61,658 nucleotides of DNA from a virus (lineage: Duplodnaviria; Caudoviricetes). Position numbers and translations under genes: made by a program. The stretch covers positions 1-61,658 of the IMG/VR virus record IMGVR_UViG_3300043640_000110; one strand, given 5' to 3'. Within the stretch, counting starts at the first letter, position 1. Every line of letters begins with the position of its first letter. The notes beneath the pieces were generated by a model, which had not been told where the DNA came from, did not search any database, and saw only the letters and a list, made by a program, of their open reading frames with translations. Below, one piece after another: positions 40,906-50,402 of the stretch.

Positions 40906-41103
40906 CTAAATAGAGTCTTCGTCCACGGAGATGGATTTTGGGCCGTACATGAACTCTACCTCGTCTTTTATTTTGGGATCGAGTTGGAAGATCCCCTTGG
41001 TGGCGAGTTCGAGTTTGTACAGGCTGTGAATACCTTCCAGGGCTATGGCTATGCGCCGGAAGTAGCGAGCAATCAGGAAAAGAGCTTTAGCGGTGGTCCA
41101 CAT
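40906..41103 (-). CDS. Hypothetical protein
   Basis: Coupled to the upstream membrane gene. Confidence 0.5.
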   Translation of the reverse strand: MWTTAKALFLIARYFRRIAIALEGIHSLYKLELATKGIFQLDPKIKDEVEFMYGPKSISVDEDSI

Positions 41104-41310
41104 TTATAGTTGCGGTTTCTTTTCGTAGGGCTTAACAGCAGCGGTGCCATCAGGGTTAGAGAAATGAGAGATAGCGGCAACGATGGATTGAAGAATACCG
41201 ACACCAAGAGAGATAGAGACCTGATGGTCCGGGAGGATATTCCCAACGGCGTTTAGGACCTGAATAAGAGTGGAAACAATCTGCACTACTAAGTTCCAAG
41301 AAAAGGACAT
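41104..41310 (-). CDS. Putative holin-like 2-TM protein
   Basis: Two hydrophobic segments, NPDGT, basic C-terminus; a longer upstream start is possible. Confidence 0.45.
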   Translation of the reverse strand: MSFSWNLVVQIVSTLIQVLNAVGNILPDHQVSISLGVGILQSIVAAISHFSNPDGTAAVKPYEKKPQL

Positions 41311-41399
41311 GGTAAGCTCCGACAATTGAGATTTAAGCCGACTGATGAGTGGTCTTAGCTTAAAGTATATTCGTATTTCCTGAAACATCAAATTTAGCC

Positions 41400-42203
41400 T
41401 TACTGTGGAGATTCGGAATAAGTAACCGGGACTGCTTTAGAGCGCTCCAGCTCGTCAATGATACTCTCGACATTTGGCATTTGAATTACAGTGGTCACCT
41501 GAATGCCGCCCTTCTTAGTTAGGCCGACAGCCTCAAATATCCGGTCGCGAGAATGTTCATGCCCAGGTTTAAATACAACTCCTTCACCTTCGCAATTTGG
41601 ACAGACTACGATTTTGTATCTTGGCTGGGAATCTTCTTTTAGCTCGCCGTCGAGTACTTGGATCTCCATGCGGACTGTGGTGCGCCCATCACAATGAGGG
41701 CACACCGTTTGGCCGCCAGCCGCATCCTGAACCATGCGTTCGGCTGTTTTTGGGAGAGATGAGGTGATAGTGAGCATCGCTTCCGACATGTGGTAATCGC
41801 GCCAGATTGTCGAGAGCATCGCTGGGGTGACACCAAATAGAGAAGCTATGCGAGTCGTGCTCCAGTTTTTATATTTCATCTTGCCCAGGGCCAGCATGAA
41901 ATCAACGATCTTGGAATCAGTGGAGATGCTACAGATTCGCGCAAGTAAGCGGCGGTTCTTCCCCATGCTCTCGATGAGGGCGTTCTGATACTGAGCGTTC
42001 TGGATAGCGTTAAAACGCGCCTCTACCAGGGCTACATCTTTTTGGGGCGTAGCTTCAGGTTGGTATTCCGGATCGGTGTCGGGAGGTGGTTCGTCACACT
42101 CAAGAGTTATGATTGGCTCAACGAGAATAGAGTCTATGGCCTCAGCTACCTCAGCGACTTCTATTTTCCGTGGGCGGCCAGGGCGCTTCTTGAGCAGTGC
42201 CAT
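41400..42203 (-). CDS. Putative terminase small subunit with CxxCxG zinc finger
   Basis: First gene of the packaging operon; HTH; CPHCDG...CPNCEGEG. Confidence 0.55.
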   Translation of the reverse strand: MALLKKRPGRPRKIEVAEVAEAIDSILVEPIITLECDEPPPDTDPEYQPEATPQKDVALVEARFNAIQNAQYQNALIESMGKNRRLLARICSISTDSKIVDFMLALGKMKYKNWSTTRIASLFGVTPAMLSTIWRDYHMSEAMLTITSSLPKTAERMVQDAAGGQTVCPHCDGRTTVRMEIQVLDGELKEDSQPRYKIVVCPNCEGEGVVFKPGHEHSRDRIFEAVGLTKKGGIQVTTVIQMPNVESIIDELERSKAVPVTYSESPQ

Positions 42204-42228
42204 ACCTGGAATATACACCAGGGGTCAA
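42204..42228 (-). promoter_or_regulatory. Leaderless late-promoter motif TTGAC-N8-TATATT-N6-ATG
   Basis: Same geometry at 38245-38269 and 43436-43460. Confidence 0.55.
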
Positions 42229-42481
42229 GGTTGATACATTAAAACGCAGATAATAATTATGGTTTAATTGTAACCGCCGCCGCTCGCCGCTTGGGCATCC
42301 GGGGTTCAGATTGGCTTTCAGCCCGTTCGCTTTGGCTCCCTCCGGTCGCTGCGCTCTCTCAACCATCACTCCCGTTCTCCCCAATCTTGAGCCGGTCTTC
42401 GTCGCCGTCAAGGCAACCCTTCGGGCTCCGCTTCGCTCCGGCCTATGACTGACTCCTCATCCCTCCAGGCGGCTTTCCACC

Positions 42482-43435
42482 CTATTGAACATCGACCGCT
42501 GTACACGACATGCAGCAGCTTAGTTGGATCGTGACGGCATCACAGGGCGGCTGTCCCACCTGTATAGTCTTGGTGAATCTGGCGTCATAGAAATAATCCA
42601 CCAGGACGCGGCTAGCCTCCGGAACAGGAGTGCCGAATTCGATCTGGAGCCCTTCCTCGCGGAGAACATAGTCAAATGCAAAGTCTTTACGAATCCCATC
42701 CAGATAAACCCGGATCGATTCCCCGGATGGCTTGTGTTGAATCTGGAAAAGATTAGCCGTGATCCTTTGCGCGCGCTCTCCAAAAACCTGCGGTCTATAG
42801 GTAGTTCCATCCAGCACAGGAGTTAAGATCGGCCCCGCCTGGATATTCAAGGTCGCCGGATTGGTGCTCGTGTCAAAAGAAAGCCCTGTCCCCAGCTGAA
42901 AGGGGAGCCATTCCCAGGGGATCGTTTTAAACGGGCTTATGGGCTCGATTGTGATTTGGTTTATAATCGCGTTTCCGATGAGGCCCTGGAAGTTTAAATG
43001 CACCCAGGCGTCTCCGTTTGTCACGATCGTTAGGAAGCGAAGCGTATAGGCTTTGCGCGCCGATCCGGGGGACGTAGCACAGGTAAACGCGGGGCAGCCC
43101 CCAAAGCGCGCCAGATCTCCAAATACATCGATTAAACCGGATTCCTGATCGTTCACCTTAACAGTGAATACACGCTTCCCAGCGGCGCTTTGGTTCGGCT
43201 CGACAAAGGTTAAAGATACAACATAGTTCCCTGGCTCAATGGGAATGTCGTAGGAGAACTCGGGGCCGTAGCGAAGGGTTGTCAGCGATCCTGGCCCCAT
43301 ATCCGGCTGGTTCCAAAGAATCCCGCCGTGGGCATAGGCCGCATCTGCGACACAGGGGTTAATTGCTGGGCCGCCTGCGTTTATACACAGCGCACGAATA
43401 GGTAAACATACCAGGAAGAACAGAAGGAATTTCAT
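42482..43435 (-). CDS. Malectin-domain protein with signal peptide
   Basis: INAGG, TLRYG..FSYDIP..PGNY.V.L.F.E, GKRVF.V.VN; hydrophobic N-terminus. Confidence 0.8.
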   Translation of the reverse strand: MKFLLFFLVCLPIRALCINAGGPAINPCVADAAYAHGGILWNQPDMGPGSLTTLRYGPEFSYDIPIEPGNYVVSLTFVEPNQSAAGKRVFTVKVNDQESGLIDVFGDLARFGGCPAFTCATSPGSARKAYTLRFLTIVTNGDAWVHLNFQGLIGNAIINQITIEPISPFKTIPWEWLPFQLGTGLSFDTSTNPATLNIQAGPILTPVLDGTTYRPQVFGERAQRITANLFQIQHKPSGESIRVYLDGIRKDFAFDYVLREEGLQIEFGTPVPEASRVLVDYFYDARFTKTIQVGQPPCDAVTIQLSCCMSCTAVDVQ

Positions 43436-43563
43436 GCCGCCAGAATAGCAAAAGGGGCAAGTTCCCCTTGTGGGAGGACTCACCCCTTTTGAAGCCAAAG
43501 TACTGGAGAATCGATTACTTTCTACTTTACCACAGGCCCACCATTTTAGCTCAATGGCTGCTT

Positions 43564-43761
43564 TTAAGGCTGCTCAACCCCGCCGCCGGAACCGGCAATT
43601 GCGCCAGACAGGCTCGCAGTGTTGTTCTGTACGCGCACAGTCAAAGCGTCGATCGCTGGCTGGCTGTTACCGGCCTCGCCCAGGGCTGCAATCGCGCTGG
43701 CCGTCACCGTCTCGTTTTCTGTTACCGCTGTTTCAAGATTGGTCAAATTTAGTGCTGCCAT
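43564..43761 (-). CDS. Small Ala/Thr-rich coiled-coil protein
   Basis: GAGGAG/AGGA RBS. Confidence 0.6.
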   Translation of the reverse strand: MAALNLTNLETAVTENETVTASAIAALGEAGNSQPAIDALTVRVQNNTASLSGAIAGSGGGVEQP

Positions 43762-43796
43762 AATTCCTGATCTCCTCTAGCCGTTGTTTCTAGTTG

Positions 43797-43973
43797 TTAT
43801 TTCCCGGTTTTTAAAGCACTGGAGAGCTTCCTGGTGGATTCGCAAATTCGCTCCGTCAAAACATCGACCTCGCTTTGTTGCTGGCCCTCTAAAAAGTCCA
43901 TGAGACGGTCAAATCGCTTTGAGGTCTCCGGCTCCAGTTGTAATGTGATTGAAAACAGGTTAAATGCTTTCAT
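43797..43973 (-). CDS. Small hypothetical protein (58 aa)
   Basis: MKAFNLFSITLQLEPE...; preceded by TTGACG-N16-TATACT. Confidence 0.5.
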   Translation of the reverse strand: MKAFNLFSITLQLEPETSKRFDRLMDFLEGQQQSEVDVLTERICESTRKLSSALKTGK

Positions 43974-43992
43974 GGAAAGCGCATCCGAGATC

Positions 43993-44020
43993 AGTATAAG
44001 CGGGAATTGGGAAACGTCAA
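43993..44020 (-). promoter_or_regulatory. Sigma70-like promoter
   Basis: TTGACG-N16-TATACT. Confidence 0.5.
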
Positions 44021-44027
44021 ATAGCGG

Positions 44028-44351
44028 CTATCTGGAGGGTTTGTTTGAAGCGTTTATACGGTTGGATTTGAGCATTTTAATAACAGTTGAATGGAGCCTT
44101 AGGCTAATTATGATAACTGCGCCCATGCTCGTGATCGTGCCGACGATAAAGACCCATTTAGAGAGTTCCGAGCCCGAGATTTTATACCAAGTAGATAGGC
44201 TGGTGACGATTGCGGTATGGAGCCAAACGCGAAGAACGATGGTAATCACTAGGCGTTGTTTGGGCGGCATGGGAAAGGCCCTAAGGACCCTTAAAACCTT
44301 AAGGCAGAGCATGTTTTTTGGTTTCACCATGAACAAGCTCCTCAACGGCAT
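44028..44351 (-). CDS. Membrane protein (start uncertain)
   Basis: Two TM segments. Confidence 0.4.
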   Translation of the reverse strand: MPLRSLFMVKPKNMLCLKVLRVLRAFPMPPKQRLVITIVLRVWLHTAIVTSLSTWYKISGSELSKWVFIVGTITSMGAVIIISLRLHSTVIKMLKSNRINASNKPSR

Positions 44352-44697
44352 CTTCGGGACGCTTTAAACGCTCTATCATTTTCTCGTGCTGTATTTCGGC
44401 TTCTTCCCAGGTGCTACAGCGCTTGCATTCGTCAGTGAAAATAAGTTCTAGCCGAACCGCCTCTACCAACTGTTTAGGAAGATCGAGCCACGCCATTGTT
44501 TCAAACAAAATCGGGAGAAGGCCATTTCTGAAAAATCCATGATTTATCCCCAGGAAGACAGTCGAGATCATATAAGGCCCAACCCTGGTTAAGCGCACGT
44601 GACGGTCTGCTGAACCTAACCATTTAACCCAGGCCAGAGAGCTTTTACATCTCACCGGGGTCTTGCCGCGTAGGATGTAGAGTCCTAGGCTTTTCAT
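44299..44697 (-). CDS. Conserved phage hypothetical protein
   Basis: ISTVFLGINH..P.LFETM..R.STWEEA..H pattern. Confidence 0.7.
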   Translation of the reverse strand: MKSLGLYILRGKTPVRCKSSLAWVKWLGSADRHVRLTRVGPYMISTVFLGINHGFFRNGLLPILFETMAWLDLPKQLVEAVRLELIFTDECKRCSTWEEAEIQHEKMIERLKRPEDAVEELVHGETKKHALP

Positions 44698-45236
44698 TGT
44701 AAATTCTCCGGACTTAGGTTGCCATACATTTTCATGCGGCCCTGGAAACTATCTATTGGATATTCTGCCACTTCCGCATCCAGATAGATCGGCTTTTCAT
44801 TTTCATTTCGTAGGAACTCAATCCTAGTAAGCTGTGACTTCTCCGGGTTCTGGACGTTGCAGATAATCACTTCGGATCTCTCGGAATATCCATGCTTAGA
44901 CATCCACTCGCTACCGCGCTCTTGGTAGAGATCATAAAACATCTCCGTACCGATATCTAACCCTTTCGCGGTCGCCTTCGTAAACCACGCCTCCGTACAG
45001 ATCGTGACTGCCGAGAACTTAAATTTCTTGACGTATTGCCTTAGCAATGAAAATACTTTTGCTTTTACAGTGTCGTTATTCAGGAAGCTGTTATCGAGCG
45101 GGAGCGCCCAGCGGCGTACTTTCCCGTCTTTAACGACAAGCACAACAAACCCGACCTCTCCAATGGATTCGAGATTTTCCTTTGCCTTTTTAATCGCGCG
45201 ATCAGCCAATGATTCAAGCGTTATAGTTTCGGTCAT
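44694..45236 (-). CDS. Hypothetical protein
   Basis: 180 aa, coupled. Confidence 0.65.
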   Translation of the reverse strand: MTETITLESLADRAIKKAKENLESIGEVGFVVLVVKDGKVRRWALPLDNSFLNNDTVKAKVFSLLRQYVKKFKFSAVTICTEAWFTKATAKGLDIGTEMFYDLYQERGSEWMSKHGYSERSEVIICNVQNPEKSQLTRIEFLRNENEKPIYLDAEVAEYPIDSFQGRMKMYGNLSPENLQ

Positions 45237-45472
45237 CAGTCCTCCGGCGTCAACGTTTCAACGATTTCCATGTTCGTAAACCGCGCAATACGAATCGGCT
45301 TCCCTTGTTCGTTGGCTATTTTCTGGGCTATCTTTTTAATGTCCTTTACTCGGCCCATGTCAGCTCCGATAAGTGGGAAGTTTTGCCCTAGCAGCATGAT
45401 CGATGGAATGCCTTCATCGTCTGGGCCGCCGTCTTGTGCAATACAGGCGTATAGTTCCGTTATTTTAGGCAT
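45236..45472 (-). CDS. Hypothetical protein
   Basis: Coupled ORF. Confidence 0.6.
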   Translation of the reverse strand: MPKITELYACIAQDGGPDDEGIPSIMLLGQNFPLIGADMGRVKDIKKIAQKIANEQGKPIRIARFTNMEIVETLTPED

Positions 45473-45743
45473 TATCTCTTCGTTTCGCATGCTCGCGCTC
45501 AGCCATCACACCGATAAATATCCCAGCGGTAATCACGCTAAGAATGCTCGCCGTGGTGCTCTCCGGTTCTTGTTTGATAACTTCTCCGGTTACGTTAGCG
45601 AATGTTACAACTAGATCCGATTTGATGATTTCTTTTGTTCGCGCGAAGACGCCAGCATGATCTGTCTGGAATAACTCCCTCGCGAAGTCTTCAATCAGCT
45701 CTATCGGCGGCATCTTTGCATTTTCATTTTCGAGATTAATCAT
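45465..45743 (-). CDS. Hypothetical protein
   Basis: Coupled ORF. Confidence 0.55.
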   Translation of the reverse strand: MINLENENAKMPPIELIEDFARELFQTDHAGVFARTKEIIKSDLVVTFANVTGEVIKQEPESTTASILSVITAGIFIGVMAEREHAKRRDNA

Positions 45744-45905
45744 TCTTTCCCACTTTCCGCCTTATTTGTTTTATTTGCCCGAGCGAAGCGAGGGCCGCCT
45801 TACGGCTCCACCAACTCTCCACTCTATAGATTTCTTCTACGGTAAAACGTTAACCAGCGCTTCCACGGTTCTGCATTTTCGTTAAGAGAAATTTGCTGGG
45901 CCTTT

Positions 45906-46199
45906 TTATAAAGCTATGTATTCCTTCTCCGGATCTCCATTGGGCCGCCGTCTCCCGCTCTCTGCGTGCCGGAACCAGCCATCGGGCTCTGACTTCGGGA
46001 ACTTGTCCGCGTCCTGCCATTCTTCCGCCGCCGTGATCGCCTGGGCTGGGGACTCGTAGCACCACTGCGTGATATAGCAATGGTCACCAACCGGCCCGAT
46101 TACCAGCGTCGAATTATACATGCGCGGATATACGCACAGCTCCATCCCATTGCCGAGATCTTTCTGATACAATGCGCCCTCCCTGGTTATTGGACCCAA
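45906..46199 (-). CDS. Hypothetical protein
   Basis: WCYES...EPDGWFRH..SGRRRP pattern. Confidence 0.65.
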   Translation of the reverse strand: MGPITREGALYQKDLGNGMELCVYPRMYNSTLVIGPVGDHCYITQWCYESPAQAITAAEEWQDADKFPKSEPDGWFRHAESGRRRPNGDPEKEYIAL

Positions 46200-46585
46200 T
46201 CTGCATTCACCTCCTTCTTGCGTTCGGAATCTTTCTGCTCAGAATCTTGTTTTTCCACCTGAATCCCGACAGTGATCCTCGCGTTTTCCATATTCTTCTC
46301 TTTCATGATCTTGTCCAGGCGATCGTCCAGCTCAATCCACAAGCTATGTCGTTTCAGGCTGTTTCTACCGGCAGAACTGACGCCGATATTGAAGCCGACA
46401 AAAAACAAAGTAGGTGCGCTTGCGATCCCAACCCAGCGGCTTTGATTCGTCCAGAGATTGAAAAGGGTCACACCTAAAAGAGAAAAGTTCACGATAGCCG
46501 GGATATGGAGAGCAATAAACCCCAATCCGGCTTCCAATAGGCTCTTCACGTCACTCTTCACGTCACTCTTCAAGTTTTGGGCCAT
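46187..46585 (-). CDS. Membrane protein
   Basis: TM segments; N-terminal KSDV duplication. Confidence 0.6.
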   Translation of the reverse strand: MAQNLKSDVKSDVKSLLEAGLGFIALHIPAIVNFSLLGVTLFNLWTNQSRWVGIASAPTLFFVGFNIGVSSAGRNSLKRHSLWIELDDRLDKIMKEKNMENARITVGIQVEKQDSEQKDSERKKEVNADWVQ

Positions 46586-46615
46586 AGAGTCTAAGTCCTC
46601 CTTCTGGTTGAAACC

Positions 46616-47185
46616 CTAATCATCCGATGATTCAAACGGCCCAATAATTCCGCCACCCAATCCTTCCAAAAGCTTTTTCAGGGGGTTCTCGTTCACTTCA
46701 TTCTGTACAGCCATCCACCCGGCGCGGACCCCAACGGATTTATTCTTGTGGTCGCAAATCACGCCGAGGTCATACCGCACCTGGAGCCAAAATAGCGCAA
46801 TGGCGATATCGGCCAGATCGTCAAACAGATGGTAGGCCGTATGGTGGATTTCTTCCTCGACATCGTTAGCCGCTTCATCTGCGGATACTTGCTCCCGCAC
46901 CGAGCGCGATTTCAAGCGTTCCGCCGCCACCCACAGCCTACGCGCGGATAGATTGTGAATTACACCAATCACCTTTTCTTTCGGCTTGGGAGTTTGTAAT
47001 TTCTGTGCGGCCCGGTTGATTTGCTCATCGGTCAGCACCTCCATTGCCATTTCGATTTCTTCTAAAACTTCCAATAGCGCGAGCTGTGGCAGGGGGAACG
47101 GGAGCTTTGTGCTTTGCTCTAAACCCTTGTTAGTTCTTTGACCCTTGTTAGTTCTTTGTTCGTCTGTGTTTTCATTCGAGTCCAT
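46616..47185 (-). CDS. Hypothetical protein
   Basis: 189 aa; QRTNKG duplication. Confidence 0.65.
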   Translation of the reverse strand: MDSNENTDEQRTNKGQRTNKGLEQSTKLPFPLPQLALLEVLEEIEMAMEVLTDEQINRAAQKLQTPKPKEKVIGVIHNLSARRLWVAAERLKSRSVREQVSADEAANDVEEEIHHTAYHLFDDLADIAIALFWLQVRYDLGVICDHKNKSVGVRAGWMAVQNEVNENPLKKLLEGLGGGIIGPFESSDD

Positions 47186-47390
47186 GTAATTGTTTACCTT
47201 TACGCTCCGGTTATCTTACAACATTTTACTGGTGAAAATTTACTGAGGGCAGATGGCGGATTTCGCGCGCGGCGGTTCCGGGGCCTGGGACAGGTAGGCC
47301 AGGAGTAAAACTCCCATGGCAAGGACTGCGGTCGCCTGGATCTTATGGATAGGAATGCGAATCATTTGGGTGATATTTAAATTGAGTTTA

Positions 47391-47418
47391 ATTGTAACCG
47401 GAGAGTATAGAGTGTCAA
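47391..47418 (-). promoter_or_regulatory. Sigma70-like promoter for the leftward arm
   Basis: TTGACA-N16-TACAAT. Confidence 0.6.
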
Positions 47419-47928
47419 GAGGAAAGAAACAAGGAGGGGAGAAGGATTGGGAGAATGGGAAGGGAAAGAGATTTGAATTTAAACCAACCCTGATTTTTTT
47501 TGAAAACGTCGCTGAAAACAACGTGCCCGTTGCAGCCCACCCCCGTCACCCCCTGGACAATTCCCACCCCAGAATAAAATGGCGAACAAACGGAGAATAT
47601 AAGGGGGAATAACAGGCGAAACTGAGGGCCTGAGGCACTGTTGATAATATCAGTTATCACGAGTAGGGTTAGTGCCGGAGCGGCCTAGAATCAGGCAGGA
47701 ATTAAAGACGTACGCAATTACGTACGTGTCACGTCGGAAGGCAATTCGGTGTATCTATTCCCATCTCATAGACAGGATTAGGGTCGCCCTAGTACGGACC
47801 TAGCATGGTACTAAGTAAAAATAATAGTAAAATAAATCTCTCAAACTCCCCCAGACTACCCGATGAGATGTTATCGTTAGTTAGTTGAGCTGTACAGGCA
47901 ATCAATATAAAGGGAGCGCGGGAGCAAT

Positions 47929-48153
47929 ATGCAAACCACAAATACAACGCCGGAAGTAGTCGAGACCTACCACAACACGCTAAAGAGCTACATCGAGCGG
48001 CACAATCATGACGCCAGAATCAACGGTGCGGGCGAGTTACAGGGATACATGATCTATACCAGGAGGGGTGAGGATGGACATATCGCGAGTTTTGGCCGCT
48101 GGGAAACGATAGCTCCAACATTTGCAGCTGTGCGCGATTGGTTGGGGTATTAA
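47929..48153 (+). CDS. Early hypothetical protein
   Basis: GGGAG RBS; first gene of the + arm. Confidence 0.6.
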   Translation: MQTTNTTPEVVETYHNTLKSYIERHNHDARINGAGELQGYMIYTRRGEDGHIASFGRWETIAPTFAAVRDWLGY

Positions 48154-48225
48154 CTCCTTAGCCCCACGCTAAGGCGATCCGAAAAGGGTAGCCCTAGTGA
48201 GTGATTAAAGGACACTCAAAAACTC

Positions 48226-49389
48226 ATGGCACACAATATCAATACCTACATCGGACGGCGGAGCGCTTGGCACGAACTGGGAACCGTGACGGGCAAATAT
48301 CAGACTACAGAAGAACTGTTAGCCGATCCGGGTTTTCGGTACCACGTATTTAAGGAGCAATTGCGCGACGGATACGGGCGGCCTGTAGATGCGTGGGCAA
48401 CGTATCGCATTAATCACGCCGATCAAAACGACTTACGCAAGGCCGAGTTTTTGGGTAGCGTTGGCGAGGATTATGCCGTAGTCCAGCACGCGGAAGGTTT
48501 TAAGACCATCGACGCATTAATGCAAACTGCGGACGGAGCGCACTACGAAACCGCTGGGGTACTTGGCAATGGCGAAACCGTTTGGGCATTGGCCGATTTA
48601 GGTTTAACGGTTAACGTTCGCGGCGATCAGCAGGACGGTTATGTTCTCTTCAGCACCGGACACGACGGGAGCATGAGTCACTCCTACCGCTTGACTATGA
48701 CGCGCGTAGTCTGTCAGAACACGCTGAATGTAGCCCTCTCCGGTAAGACGAAAGCCAAGCTTACGGTGCGCCATACCAAAAACGCCATGAGCAAAATTCA
48801 TGCCATGGGCGAGACGTTGCAGTCTATATCAGCTGATATGCGCTCGGTTGAGGATAAACTCAAATTCCTCGCATCGCGCAAGGTCACGAAAGATAGCATG
48901 GTAAGCATTTTAGACAGGCTATTTCCAAAAGCCAAAGACGATAACGGTTCTGACCGCGATACCACGCGCCGTACAAACATCGTTAGCAAAGTGCTGGAAT
49001 TGTACGAGTCCAACGATAATAACGCCTTCCCAGAGCAGCGCGGGAGCGCTTATAATCTGCTCAATGCGATCACCAATTTTACCGATCATGAGCGCATCGG
49101 CGACAACGGCAAACGCGCTGTTAGCTCTATGTTTGGCAGTGGTGATGCACTCAAAAGTAATGCGTTTGGGGCGATATTGAGCGAGGCTAAGGATCTGCCG
49201 GAATTGGTGTATGTAGGTGCTACGGCTGCTCCCGCTCCGGTACGGCAAACGGTACGCGCTGCTCAAAGCGTGGTAGCGCCGAACTGGACTAGCGTGGGAA
49301 CGTCGGTATCCAATGCGGTCCCCAATGATGGCGACTGGCTCACGGCTGCTATTCGCGCTACCGAGTCCCGTCCCAAGCAAATTGCCTAG
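48226..49389 (+). CDS. DUF932-family protein
   Basis: MAH..AWH.LG, ETAGVL..G, GHDGS, RVVCQNTL, RGSAYNLLNAIT. Confidence 0.88.
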   Translation: MAHNINTYIGRRSAWHELGTVTGKYQTTEELLADPGFRYHVFKEQLRDGYGRPVDAWATYRINHADQNDLRKAEFLGSVGEDYAVVQHAEGFKTIDALMQTADGAHYETAGVLGNGETVWALADLGLTVNVRGDQQDGYVLFSTGHDGSMSHSYRLTMTRVVCQNTLNVALSGKTKAKLTVRHTKNAMSKIHAMGETLQSISADMRSVEDKLKFLASRKVTKDSMVSILDRLFPKAKDDNGSDRDTTRRTNIVSKVLELYESNDNNAFPEQRGSAYNLLNAITNFTDHERIGDNGKRAVSSMFGSGDALKSNAFGAILSEAKDLPELVYVGATAAPAPVRQTVRAAQSVVAPNWTSVGTSVSNAVPNDGDWLTAAIRATESRPKQIA

Positions 49390-49466
49390 GTTTAGGCTTA
49401 GGTTTTAATACCCTGCTAGGTCCCGTTGTTATGAGCAGCGGGACCAATGAAGGAGATTGGAAACCG

Positions 49467-49685
49467 ATGAAGCACTCAATAGGCCAACTGCCGATAAAAG
49501 TCCTAGACGGCGGTCTCGGAACATCTAGGCCACGTGTAGAAGTTTGTGAGATATGGCGAGCACCACAGCCGCGCGCGGGCTATGAAGTAATCAGGTACAA
49601 AGGGCGCAACTACGTCTTACGCGGTGGTATTAGAACGGAGCACTTTATCAGTTTAGACCTACCTATCAAAGGGAGAATAAGCTAG
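49467..49685 (+). CDS. Hypothetical protein
   Basis: AAGGAG RBS. Confidence 0.55.
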   Translation: MKHSIGQLPIKVLDGGLGTSRPRVEVCEIWRAPQPRAGYEVIRYKGRNYVLRGGIRTEHFISLDLPIKGRIS

Positions 49686-49891
49686 TGAAAACCTACACCA
49701 TGAGCGCTGCAGCGGCTTTTAGTCACGTGCCAGAACATCCGGAACGCACCGCACGACGGTTCCACGGCGGAATGGACTTCGATGTCACGTTCCAAGTGTG
49801 GACTAGCCGCGCGGCCATGCTCAAGACAATCCAGATGCAAGAAAAACGTGAACAGCGTAGCACGGACTGGAAGGCTTGCAAAACCGCCTAA
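49685..49891 (+). CDS. Hypothetical protein
   Basis: Coupled, GTG start. Confidence 0.45.
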   Translation: MKTYTMSAAAAFSHVPEHPERTARRFHGGMDFDVTFQVWTSRAAMLKTIQMQEKREQRSTDWKACKTA

Positions 49892-50015
49892 CCTGCACTG
49901 TAACCGTGAACAGTATCGAAGGGGAAGTATGAGACAAAAACATTTTACTGACTGCAAGCAATTCGCACGGGCAGAACGATTAGAAAGATACCCTGAGAGT
50001 GTTTGAGAGGAAAAC

Positions 50016-50402
50016 ATGACCAAAGCTAAAAAACTAGAACAGTTCGACAGCCTTATGACTCAATTGCATAAACTCGAATTAGCAGTATTTGACCTGATAT
50101 GTAATTCAAAATTCCCTTTCACGGACTGCGTAACAGTCAAGGTAGGAGACGAAGTAGATGGGGATTATCCGGACCATAAATACCGAGTATCTATCTCGCG
50201 TCGATCTTTGGCGGTATTCATGGTCGAATGTTTCGGCTATGACGGCAAGGTCGAACGGGTAGAGTTTTATAATGAGATGGAAGTGGCCGACCAGAGCCAA
50301 AATCAAAGCATATTCTGGCGTTCAGTTCGGCATGCTATCTGGAAGATCGGCGCGAAAGAACGGGAAGCTGCCAACATTCTTGTACTCGCTCCAGGATTCT
50401 AA
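50016..50402 (+). CDS. Hypothetical protein
   Basis: GAGG RBS. Confidence 0.6.
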   Translation: MTKAKKLEQFDSLMTQLHKLELAVFDLICNSKFPFTDCVTVKVGDEVDGDYPDHKYRVSISRRSLAVFMVECFGYDGKVERVEFYNEMEVADQSQNQSIFWRSVRHAIWKIGAKEREAANILVLAPGF

